From Lytechinus pictus (taxonomy: Eukaryota): a stretch of DNA of 64,000 nt. Location: assembly GCF_037042905.1 (NCBI RefSeq), contig NC_087250.1:11286001-11350000 (forward strand), given 5' to 3'. A program made the translations under genes and the position numbers. The notes under the pieces are model-generated. The model saw only the letters and a program-made list of their open reading frames with translations, did no database searches and was not told the DNA's origin. Of this stretch, positions 52,242 through 64,000 are shown piece by piece; position 1 is the stretch's first letter; every line of letters begins with the position of its first letter.

Positions 52242-54554
52242 GAGGGAGCACTGTAGCATTTTTAAGACTTTCTGGAAATAACCCTTCACTAAATGATTGG
52301 TTAATAATTCTTGTTATAAAAGGAACAAGTTCAGGAGTACACTTCTTCACAAGAGATGTAGGTATCGGGTCTAATTTACAAGTTGCTGAAGTTGACTTCT
52401 TGATAATAGTCTAAACTTCATTGAAATTCATTTCCTTAAATCTAGAGAAACCACAATTGCTACAAGGGTATTCACGAGTTGCAACCCGTTCAACAGACAC
52501 ATTAGACAAATCATCAGAAATTTGTTTTACTTTAGTGTCAAAGAAATTTGGAAAACGTTCTGGCAATAAAATACAATCAGGGTTAGATTTAGGAAGAGTT
52601 AGATCAGGCCTAGACCTAAATAGTTTCTCAAACTTCTGATACAGTTCGCGGGAATTGCAGTTCTCAAATTGTCTATGATGATATTCTTTCTTTCTTGTAG
52701 TAAGCACTTTCTTATAATCACATGAAGCCTTCATAAAGATTTGATGATGGATCTCTAATCTGATTGAGCGCCATTTCCGTTCTATTTGTCTGAGTTCCTG
52801 CTTCTTTTTACGAATATCTTCATTCAACCATGGTGCATGGGTACGAGGGAGGACTAAGCGAGTGAGCAAAGGTGCATGTTCGTCAAGCAACTCATGAAGC
52901 ACGGTGTCATAGAGCTGTACCTGCTGTTCCAGATCTTCGATGGAAGATGTCAACAGTTTTGATTGACGAATGCTCTCGCGAAACTCATCAAGATTCAAGT
53001 TGTTAAGTTTCCTGAATTTAACTTCAGTTCTTCGTTGCTTGGGCTTTTCAATCATCAGAGAACAAAGAATTGCTGAGTGATCAGAAGGCAGATAGCTTGT
53101 CACATCCAGCTCAGAGATGAGATTTGTAGTTTCACGTGACAGCAGAAGATCCAGCGTATGTCCACTCCTGTGCGTTGGTAAAGTGACATGTTGTTTCAAA
53201 TTGACTGAACTAATGATTTCAAGAAACCGGGCTGCATCTTTATTAAGAGGATTATCAACATGAAAGTTAAAATCCCCAGCCAACATTAGCTGGTTAGGAT
53301 AAACAGCTATCCGCTCAAGAAATAAAGAGAACTCATCAAAGAAGATCTGAGATGTTAAACAACCTTTTCCAGTTCTTTGAGGTCGATAGACCACCACTAG
53401 GCGGAGAAATGGCCTTCCCTTTACACCAATAAGAAGGTCAATATATTCAAACGATGTATACTGTTTCATGTCGTAACTATGGACTTTAAAAGTTTTTTTT
53501 CTCGATGCAAACTCCTACTCCACCACCTGATCGACCTTTGCGTGGAGTATGATGGAAGTCATAGTTCTGAAGACACCCGAAAATATCAGTTATAGTTCTA
53601 TCATCTTTAAAGTTTCCTGAGAGCCATGTCTCCGTTAATGCAAGGATATTGATGTGGTTACTGATGACAAATTCACATATTGAAGAAGATTTAGAGTTTA
53701 CAGACCTTGCATTCCAAAGGGCAAAACGAAAGGTTGAAGAATTATCAAAAGTGGCGATGTAACGATCTGGAGAAGAGGAATGATATTCCAAAGAATAGGA
53801 GGCCTGATTACGGGTAACACGCTTCTTTCCACCTTTTCTCCCTCACCTTGTTGGACGACGTCTCTTTGATATGCCGAGTTTATTATTGATAGCCCATGTT
53901 GTAGCATCAAGGCGGCGGTGTAAATTGGGAATGGCGAGGAGTGTTTTCCTATCATATTTAATTCTTTTTGTCGATACATTCTGTATAGCTGAAGCATGAA
54001 GATAACCATCGCTGGATGTACTCTCATTGGTCTGTTGTGAAGGTCCTGGGTTGGTTTGAACATCACCACACTGCACAATGTTGAATGTAGAATCAGAGTT
54101 ACTGTAATAGAGAACCATTTTCCCAATAAACTTTACTTTGACAATGAAGTAATCAGAATGCTTCTCGAGGCACACAAAAGACTGAAGACTTCATAGGCTT
54201 TCTTCTCTGTCTGCCTGGCTGGAGCAGAAGGGGATGACCAAAGCAACAATGAACAAGAAATGAATAGAAGACATTGTCCAACTAGTAGGATAGCTGTGGA
54301 CAATGAAGCTATTGTGAAAAGTACTGCAATGTCCATGCAATGGAGTCTACTCAGTTTCAGAATCCAATCAAACTGATATCCAGGTTTCCAGAGATATATC
54401 TAGAATGAAGCAATTTTACAGCTGTAAATCAGTCCAGTGGAATCAGTAATAATTCCAAAGAAGTACAGTAATATCAATTTCCAGCAAAATATATGAAAGT
54501 TGAAGAGAGGTAGCCAAGCAGCTGTTCGGTGCTTGACCAGTGTTGAAAGAAGAG
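52242..54554 (-). mobile_element. LINE A, 5' part (UTR, hydrophobic leader, 2A-like motif, endonuclease, linker)
   Basis: GDVQTNPGP; WNARSV, LTETW, GGGVG, VYRP, AGDFN, TLDL, SDH; LDPIPT...KNATVLP, joining 46429 (LLKSP) when the LTR element is removed. The 5' boundary is approximate. Confidence 0.9.
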
Positions 54555-55670
54555 TTTGTTTCAGTAGAAGTTGATCGATTGTTAAGGAATTTTTTATATA
54601 ATGTATTTTTCTTTCTGATGTGTCTTAATAATTCAGGAGTAATCCATGGCTTACGTATAAAAGTTTTCTTCTTCTTTTGTAAAATCAAAGGCAAATTCTT
54701 ATCATACAAAATGTTAAACTTATTCAAAGATATACCAAAGGCAGTATTTACTTCATTGCAAGAATACACTGATGACCAATCAGTATTATAAAGTTCTTTT
54801 TGTAAATGTTTCACACCAGCATCAGTAATTCTACGTCTATATGTGTTATTGGTCCTTTGCTGATTCTTTAATAGCAAGTCAGTTATATTTAATATAAGAA
54901 ATACAGGTAAATGATCAGTTATATCAACAGAAAAAATACCACTTTCCACATTTATTGTAAAGGCGTTTAAGAAAATATTATCAATAAGAGATGCTGTATT
55001 TAAAGTGATACGGGTGGGTTGATTAATGACAGGATGTAGACCAAAAGAAGAGTTCGTATTTAAAAACGAATTTGTGTTATCTTCTTTTTCTTTCATCATA
55101 TCAATATTAAAATCCCCTGTCATGATAATCTCTCTCTTATCATTACCAAGTATGCTAAGAGTTTGAGAGTAAAAATCAATGAATGATATAACATCAGTAC
55201 TTGGCTTTCTATAAAAAACACCTATTGTCAAATTATCCTTTTCATGTCTAAATAAGTCAATAAATAAGTATTGACATGTTTCTGTATCTGCAGAGAGAAA
55301 AATATCATTTCTTACAGAGACATTTATATCAGTTTTAATAAAAAGACAAACGCCACCACCTCTGCCTGTTATTCTATCAAAGTTTACAAAATCATAACCA
55401 TCTAAGTGAAATGGAATTAAAGGTGTGCCGGATATCCATGTTTCTGATATAGCTATTACCGATAACCTATTTTCTAGAGTAGACAAGAAATCTGAAATGA
55501 TATCAAAGTTTTTATGAAGACTACGCGCATTGAAATGTATCAGACTGAATTCATTATTACTTTGAAAATGTACATTGAACTCTTACGGTGTATAATAATT
55601 AGAAGTACATGCATTTGATAAACAGTTTACATTAAGTTCTGGATCAAGATCAACAAGAGGATTACTCATA
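54555..55670 (-). pseudogene. LINE B ORF2 N-terminus (endonuclease)
   Basis: HFNARSL, ISETW, GGGVC, FYRKP, TGDFN, PTRIT, IDNI, TDH and KPWIT. The endonuclease call is firm; assignment to the same element as 17652-19190 is inferred. Confidence 0.85.
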
Positions 55671-55873
55671 TATATAAAAATGGGTTTACTTTGATGTTAT
55701 CATAGACTCTGAATAAAATACTTTAGAAATATATAAAGAAGAGGATTGCAGCTTTGCGTATTGTAATAATGTAACAACTCGTGTATATGTAATCACAAAG
55801 AGATGAAAGTTGGTTCATAAGTCCTTTCATCACATTAAAATCACAGAGGTGTAAACCTTGAGAAGTTTGACAT

Positions 55874-58525
55874 ATTTTTATTTTATTTTATTTTTTTATT
55901 TATTTCTGATATTTTGACAGGGTAGCCCATTCACCAATAAGTAGTGGTCTTCCATGAGGCCCTGAATAACAATAAACATATTTACAAAATGCATAACGTA
56001 TGTACAGAATGTTACATCATTAAGATTCACATTAGGATTTGAATGTAAAACGAAACATTAACAAACTTAGCAGCAAACAAAACGCAGACGGGCACTCGTT
56101 TGACGTATAATAAAATATCAATAAATCAAATTAATTAAGAAGGACATCTTGAAAATACTGATAATATACACCAAATCATCAAGGTCATGCTAACACAAAA
56201 TAAGCACAACAGTGGATGTTCCGCAAGTTATTTATAAATTACAAGTTCTTTTAAACATTCTCTTAAATGAAATGACAGAAGGAGCTGTTCTAATTGAATT
56301 ATCAAGCTTATTCCATTTAAATATTGAAGATACGATTGGACTACACTTATAACAATCAGTGCGAAACTTGGGCACGCGTAAATATCAACTGTCTCTCTGT
56401 CTGGTATGATGTTCATGTACATCATTTGGATTGGTTAAGTTTACCTGAAGGTAAGAAGGTGCTAAATTATGGACACATTTAAATATCATCAAAACGCGAC
56501 TGAGCTCAAATCGTTTGTCTAGTGTCATCCATTTAAGACTTGTGAACAAATCAGCCGACGGTGTGTCGTATGTCTTGTTCAATATAATTCTTGCAGCCCT
56601 CTTCTGAATTTTTTGCAGCTTAATTGTATGGGATTGAAATCTATTCGACCATACAGCAGAACAGTAATCAAATCTTGGCAACACTAAACTGTTATAAAGC
56701 AACTTTAAGGACTGCACAGTCATAGAACTTTTCGCTCTCTTTATTATGCCAATGCTTTTCTGAGTAAGTTTACATACATTTTCTATTTGTTTTGACCATT
56801 TCAGTTCTTCATCTATCAAAACTCCTAAGCATTTGGTGAATTGAACTCTATTTATCAAATCACCGTTTAACAAAATCGTGAAAGAATCTATTTTCCTGAG
56901 ATTAGCACGAGAACCTATTATCATGACACAAGTTTTTTCAGTGTTGAGGACGAGCTGATTATCTTTAATCCATGCCATGACCTTGTTTAATGCAACAGTT
57001 AATTTTTCTTCCAAAACTGTCGCATCATTTGCACTGACGGTAAGTGTCGTGTCGTCAGCGTACATATCTATAATACCTTCATGAATACATTCAGGTAAAC
57101 TATTAACATATATTGAAAATAAAAGGGGACCTAGAATTGACCCTTGTGGCACGCCTAATTTGACGATTGAAGGGTGCGATTTGGCTCCTTTAAATTGTGT
57201 CACTTGTTGTCGATCAAATAAATATGATTTGAACCAAGTGATAGTCCTCTTACTACAACCAATGCAAGTTAATTTCTTTAAAAGCAGCTCATGGTCCACG
57301 GTATCAAAGGCCTTCCGAAGATCTATGAACGCAACTCCAGAAATTAAATTGTTATCAATGTTTAACGACCACTGATTTACAAGTTTTGCAAGGGCAGTAG
57401 TTGTTGAATGCATAGGCCGAAAACCAGATTGATTTGGGTGTAATAAATTATTCACGTCCAAGAATTCACTTAGCTGTTGGTGAACAGCCCTTTCTAAAAT
57501 TTTACTCACGATTGGTAATATAGAAATTGGACGGTAATTATTCAACGAAGACATATCACCAGATTTAAATATTGGTACTACCCGAGCCTTTTTTCCATTC
57601 ACGAGGAACAACTCCAGTAGTAAGGGATTTGTTAATAATATCACAAAGGGACTCTGCGATAACATTTTTTGTCATCTTTAAAAGTTTGCAGCTGACATGA
57701 TCTTCCCCAGTTGATTTATCTTTACTCAGATTATCAATCTGTTTCAAAACAAAATCTCTAGTAATCAACTCTAGCTCAAATTGAGAGTGAATTGAACCAA
57801 CATTTGTATCATCTTCTACTTGAACTCTCTGTTGAGACGCATCCCTTTGCAGGTCCTTAGTAATATTAGTAGCATTTGAAATGAAAAATTCATTAAATGC
57901 TTCAGCAATATTTGCATTGCCCGACACATCTGTTCCATCTACGTTTATGGTGTTGGGAGAAATAGGTAATGACTTGGGCACAAGTTCTCTCAAACATCTC
58001 CACATTTTCTTACTATTGTTTTGATTTTGTGAAATCTGGTTAGCATTATATTCTTTTTTACTTTTTCTCATGAGATGAATAACTTTATTTTTCAGAAATT
58101 TGTATGTGTCCCAAATATCATTTTTTTTGTTAACTTTAGCTGTTTTTAGAACCTTATCACGTTCCTTCATTAGCTTGACGACCTCGTCAGATATCCAAGG
58201 ACAAGCTTTTTTTCTTATCCGCTTTTTACAAAAGGGAATGTGCCTGTTGATTACATCATTGAAAAAAGTCAACCATACATCCCAAGCAACATCAACATCA
58301 TCTATATCTTTTACGACCTGCCAAGGAATATTTCTCAATTCACTATAAAATGTTTCCTCATCAAGATTTTAAAATGAACGAAATTCTGCAAATTCGGAAT
58401 CTTTATACATCTTAGCACTGAAATCGCGAATTGTATACACCAAATAATGATCACTTATACTAGTTTCAAATATTCCCCATTCACTGTATAGTTCTTTGTC
58501 TGATACAAATATCAAATCAATTAAA
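55874..58525 (-). mobile_element. LINE C, 5'-truncated CR1/L2-group element inserted in the LINE B inter-ORF spacer
   Basis: IDLIF..SDH, CPWIS, NYRPIS, FIDLRKAFDTVDH, PQGSILGP, YADDT. The 3' end cagggcc...gggctaccctg plus (TAAAA)n tail at 55874-55965 resembles the LINE D tail. Confidence 0.92.
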
Positions 58526-58774
58526 CACAATACAATAACACAATACAATACGAAAATATGATTGAACAGAATAAATAACAAGAATAAAATGTTCAATCAG
58601 TACAAATAACAATAATGATAACAGTTTAAATCAATTAATTCAAAATGAGGAATATATATCAGTAACTGTTATACAAGAAAAATGGTAAAAGTTCACTTTA
58701 ACTTTATAAATAAAGAGAAAGTTCCTTCCAGGAGATTTAGTAGTTTGTTTTGCTTTCACTTTCTATTATTGTTC

Positions 58775-59480
58775 TCATGGTTTTCTCAGATCATCTTCAT
58801 TTCTTATGACCTTTTTCCTATGTTCATTTCCTTTCAGTAGAGCGATTATTCTAACGTCATTGCTCCAGGCAGCTTCAACATCGGGATGACTTTTCGTGGA
58901 AGTCAGGAGTTTTTGATTCGTAGTTGTAAGATCTTCAACTATCGCTCTTTTCTGTCCTTTCAATTTTCTTCTGTTTGCTATCACTTCTTGTCGTTTTCAA
59001 TAGGACTTCAATTTCACTATGATTCCGCGTGGTGATTTAAGTGCCGATCCGGCTTCTGAAGCTTGCTCTGGTGGACCAACTCGGTGGCTTCTTTCTATGT
59101 CTTCAAGCTTGAGGTCGACCTTGAGGGTATCCTTGGCAATCTTCATCAATATATTGTCTGTACTTTCACCTTTTCTCTCAGGACATCCGAAAAATCGAAG
59201 ACAGTTCCGACGTGAATATTGTTCTTGTGTGTTGATGCTGTGGCTGATCCCTTTCATCTTGTCTGTCTGCTCATTTACTCTTTTCTTTAGGCCTTTTATT
59301 TCCTTTTCTTTGGTAACTATGCTGATCTGTAAGTCCATTATCTCTGATACCTGATTTTCAATAGTTTCTTCCAGGACTCTAATCTTCTTGTTAATTGAAT
59401 CATGAAACAATGCAATAAAGCCTTTGTTCTGTAGGAGATCCTTAATGACTTCTTCTGTTAGAGTTGAGTTTTCCTTTGAA
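58775..59480 (-). pseudogene. LINE ORF1 protein (coiled coil plus RRM-like domain), probably LINE B
   Basis: Coiled coil, then EQYSRRNCLRFFG.PE, IERSHRVG, PRGIIVKL, IVEDLT and AWS. One in-frame stop at ~58997. Confidence 0.88.
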
Positions 59481-59881
59481 CGTGCTCTAGTGGTCACATG
59501 AGAGGTTGATATGCTGGACAATAGGAAGCTTATCTTGAGTAGATTGGAAAGTCTAAAGCAGCACAATGGAGTTAAGGCCCAGGTCATTGAATGTTGCACT
59601 TCTAGAGTTCACTGAACTGTGATAATCTGTTCAAAATCAACTTGAAGTAAAGCTGACATCGAAAGTAGTATATGGGACCTCAGAGAAAATGATGACAAGA
59701 ACTCAAATCCTTTAGATATAAATATCACTTTAAATACATATCATATGATACCATGTTGATTATCAAATGTCTCCTGGAGGGATGTATTCCAACACAATTT
59801 ACAACATTGTAAAAAAAGCAATTCAAATTCAGAGAGAAATTGGTGTAAAATATCAGAGAAAAACCTTGATGTGTGCGCTCC

Positions 59882-59883
<2 letters not shown>

Positions 59884-59934
<51 letters not shown>

Positions 59935-59938
59935 CATA
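59884..59938. repeat. (CT)n(AT)n microsatellite at the LINE B 5' end / satellite junction
   Basis: Directly visible. Confidence 0.9.
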
Positions 59939-59939
59939 T

Positions 59940-62900
59940 AAAGAATAAAAAAAAATGAGGAATCGAAAACGTACTTCGAAAGGTAGTTGAAACAATTTGT
60001 ATGGTTTCAGAAGCTGGTCTGATCAAAAAAAGGTAATTTCATAGAATAAAAAAATAAAATTGTTTAAATGTCAGTACACTAAATATCAATGGATTTTTGT
60101 TCGTACTTATACTCCGGGTTGATCAAGGTGACCTTACATTGTATTGAACATATCTAATTTCATGAAGATTTTGTTGTTCCATTAATATATTAAATAGACA
60201 GAAATCAAGTTTGTTGACGTTCCTCTAAACAATAGTCCAAAGTACATTAAAATATGAATACATGAACGTGTATACTTACGCACTGTCAAATAAGATAAGG
60301 AAAAAGAGAAAGAATAACAAGAATATAAAAGCATTAAGGAATGTTCTCGAAAACGTACTTCAAAACGTACTTGGAACTATTTGTATGGTTTCAGAGGTTG
60401 GTCTGATTTGAAATAAGTAATTTTAGAGAATCGAAAAAAGAATTTTGTTATTGTCATGGCAATAAATATCAATAGTTTTTTTTTTAAATTATACTGTGAT
60501 TAATCAAGGTGACTGTACGTTGTGTTTAATATATCTCATTTAATGAAGGAATCTTTTTCGTTGATATATTGAATACACGTAGTCAGAAATCAAGCCTATA
60601 GACATTCCTCTAAAGTATAGTCCAAATTACACTTTAAAAATAAATACATTAAGATGCGTACTTCCGTGCTGTCAAATAAGATAAGGAAACAGAGATATAA
60701 TAACAGCAATGTGAAAACATTAAGGAAATTTAGCAAAAACGTACTTGGAACTATTCGTGTGGTTTAGAGGTGGGTATGATTCGAAAAAGAAAATTTCAGA
60801 GGATCCAAAAAACGAAATTATTGTATTGTCATTACCTAGATATAAATGGATTTTTTTTAACGTCCTTATACTGTGGATTAATCAAGGTAACCGAACGTTG
60901 TATTGAACATATTTGATTACATAAAAAAAAACTTTCTCCTTATTATATTGAATAGACAAAATCAAGCTTTATATTGACATTCCTCTAAAGAATAGTCCAA
61001 ACTTCATTAAAATATAATTAAATTTGGTTGTATACTCAAATTCTGTCAATTAAGATGAGGAAAAAGAGAAAGAATAACAACAATGTGAAAACATTAAGGA
61101 CATTTTGCGAAAACGTACTTGGAACTATTTGTGTGGTTTCAGAGGTTGGTCTGATTTAAAATAAGTAATTTTAGAAAATCAAAAAATATAATTGTTTTAT
61201 TGTCAGTACACTAAATAACAATAGATTTTTCTTCGTACTTAAACTCCGGGTTGATCAAAGTGACCTTACGTTGTATTGAACATATCTAATTTCATGAAGT
61301 TTTTTTCCATTAATATATTAAATAGACAGAAATCAAGCTTCTTGACATTCCTCTAATTAATAGTCCAAAGTATATTAAAATATGAATACATAAAATTGTA
61401 TACTTACGCCCTGGTAAAAAAGATAAGGAAAAAAGAAAGAATAACAAGAATATATAAACATTAAAGAATATTCTCGGAAACATAATTAGAAACGTACTTG
61501 GAACTATTCGTAAGGTTTCAGAAATTGGTCTGATTTAAGAAAAGTAATGTTAGAGAATCAAAAAATATAATTGTTTTATTGTCAGTACACTAAACATCAA
61601 TGGATTTTTGTTCGTACTTATACTCCGGGTTGATCAAGGTGACCTTACGTTGTATTGAACATATCTTATTTTATGAAGATTTTTTTCCCATTGATATATT
61701 AAATAGACAGAAATCAAGCTTATTGACTTATTGAAAAGAATTCGAATAACAAGAATATAAAAATATTAAGGAATATTCTCGAAAACATACTTCGTAACGT
61801 ACTTGGAACTATTTGTATGGTTTCAAAGGTTGGTGTGATTTGGAAAAAAAGTAATTTTAGAGAATCGAAAAAAAATAGAATTATTTTATTGTCATGACAC
61901 TAAATATCAATAGTTTTGTTTTTAAATTATACAGGGGTTAATCAAGGTAACCGAATGTTGTATCGAACATATCTGATTACATAAAGAACCTTTTCCTTAC
62001 TTTATTGAATAGACAGAATCAAGCTTTATATTGACATTCCTCTAAGGAATAGTCCAAACAATATTAGAATATAATTTCATTTGGTTGTATACTCACATTC
62101 TGTCAATTACGATGAGGAAAAAGAGAAAGAATAACAAAATGAAAAAAAAAACATTGAAGAATATTTTCAAAAACGTACTTTGAAACGTACTTGAAACTAT
62201 TTGTATGGTTTCAGAAGTGGTCTGATTATAAAAAAGGTAATTTCAGAGAATAAAAAAATAAAAATGATTAAATGTCAGTACACTAAATAATATAAATAAT
62301 ATTCGTACTTATACTCCGGGTTGATCAAGGTGACCTTACGTTGTATTTAACATATCTAATTTCATGAAGATTTTTTTTCCATTAATATATTAAATAGACG
62401 TAAATCAAGCTTATTGACTTTCCTCTAAACAATAGTCCAAAGTACATTAAAATATGAATACATGAACGTGTATACTTACGCACTGTCAAATAAGATAAGG
62501 AAAAAAAAAAGAATAACAAGAATATATAAACATTAAAGAATATTCTCGGAAACATAATTAGAAACGTACTTGGAACTATTCGTAAGGTTTCAGAAATTGG
62601 TCTGATTTAAGAAAAGTAATGTTAGAGAATCAAAAAATATAATTGTTTTATTGTCAGTACACTAAACATCAATGGATTTTTGTTCGTACTTATACTCCGG
62701 GTTGATCAAGGTGACCTTACGTTGTATTGAACATATCTTATTTTATGAAGATTTTTTTCCCATTGATATATTAAATAGACAGATATCAAGCTTATTGACT
62801 TTCCTCTAAACAATCGTCCAAAGTACATTTAAATATGAATACATGAACGTGTATACTTACGCACTGTCAAAAAAGATAAGGAAAAGAGAACAAATAACAA

Positions 62901-63897
62901 GAAAATAAAAACATTAAGGAATATTCTCGAAAACATTATTAGAAACGTACTTGGAACTATTCGTAAGGTTTCAGAGGTTGGTCTGATTTAAAAAAGTAAT
63001 TTAAGAGAATAACAAAATATAATTGTTTATTGTCAGGACACTAAACATCAATGGATTTTTGTTCGTAGTTATACTCCGGGTTGATCAAGGCGACCTTACG
63101 TTGAATTGAACAACATATCTAATTCCATGAAGATTTTTTTCCATTGATATATTAAATACACAGAAATCAAACTTATTGACTTTCTTCTAAAGAATAGTCC
63201 AAACTACATTAAAATATAATTTCATTTGGTTGTATACTCAAACTCTTTCAATTAAGATGAGGAAAAAGAGAAAGAATAACAACAATGTGAAAACATTAAG
63301 GAAATTTTGCGAAAACGTACTTGGAACTATTCGTGTGGTTTCAGAGGTTGGTCTGATATATAATAAGTAATTTCAGAAAAGCAAAAAATATAATTGTTTT
63401 ATTGTCAGTGCACTAAATATACATGGATTTTTGTTCGTACTTATACTCCGGGTTGATAAAGGTGACCTTACGTTGTATTGAACATATCTAATTTTTATGA
63501 AGATTTTTTTTCCATTCAAATATTAAATAGACAGAAATCAAGCTTATTGACTTTCCTCTAAACAATAGTCCAAAAAACATTAAAATATGAACACATGAAA
63601 TTGTATACTTACGCCCTGTCAAATAAGATAAGGAAAGGAGAAAGAATAACAAGAATATAAAAATATTAAGGAAACTTCTCGAAAACGTACTTCATAACGT
63701 ACTTGGAACTATTCTTATGGTTTCAGAGGTTGGTCTGAATTAAAAAAAAGTACTTTTAGAGAATCGAAAAATAGAATTGTTTTATTGTCATGACACTAAA
63801 CATCAATGGATTTTTGTTCGTACTTATACTCCGGGTTGATCAAGGTGACCTTACGTTGTATTGAACATATCTTATTTCATGATGATTTTTTTCCATT
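59940..63897. repeat. Satellite array, same ~383-bp family and orientation (right arm, diverged monomers)
   Basis: Same motifs as 1-17652. Non-satellite sequence begins at ~63900. Confidence 0.96.
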
Positions 63898-64000
63898 GAA
63901 AGTGTTAAGTCTGCTACGAACTCATACAAAATGTAGACTACAGGCGTATGTGCAGTTTCATTTGGTTCATTTTAATGAGATCAAACTATCCAGAGAAGTA

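Noticed and set aside
63898..64000. Non-satellite sequence at the window end
   Set aside because: Too short to classify.

Overview
AT-rich eukaryotic, repeat-only DNA; an invertebrate such as an echinoderm is my inference from the repeat types. No host gene is evident. A ~383-bp satellite array (1-~17650 and ~59940-63897) is split inside one monomer by a ~42-kb block made of nested transposable elements. My reading: an ORF1+ORF2 LINE (B, minus) sits in the satellite and hosts LINE C and LINE A. LINE A is cut by a Gypsy LTR element, a Crypton tyrosine-recombinase element and a Kolobok-like MITE. The Crypton hosts LINE D and a 10.6-kb Harbinger-like element. The Kolobok-like MITE hosts a piggyBac-like element, which hosts a hAT-like element, which hosts a Helentron-like HINE. 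Most junctions show TIRs/TSDs, and the host reading frames rejoin when inserts are removed. The best candidate novelty is an N-terminal module shared by two divergent LINEs (A and D): hydrophobic leader, 2A-like NPGP motif, YxxxxL-phi (eIF4E/4EHP-binding-like) motif, then W-x5-LGI and a basic RG patch. The Crypton end architecture, with an internal inverted copy of the predicted circle junction, is also notable. All analysis is by eye, and family names are pattern-based, not database-confirmed.
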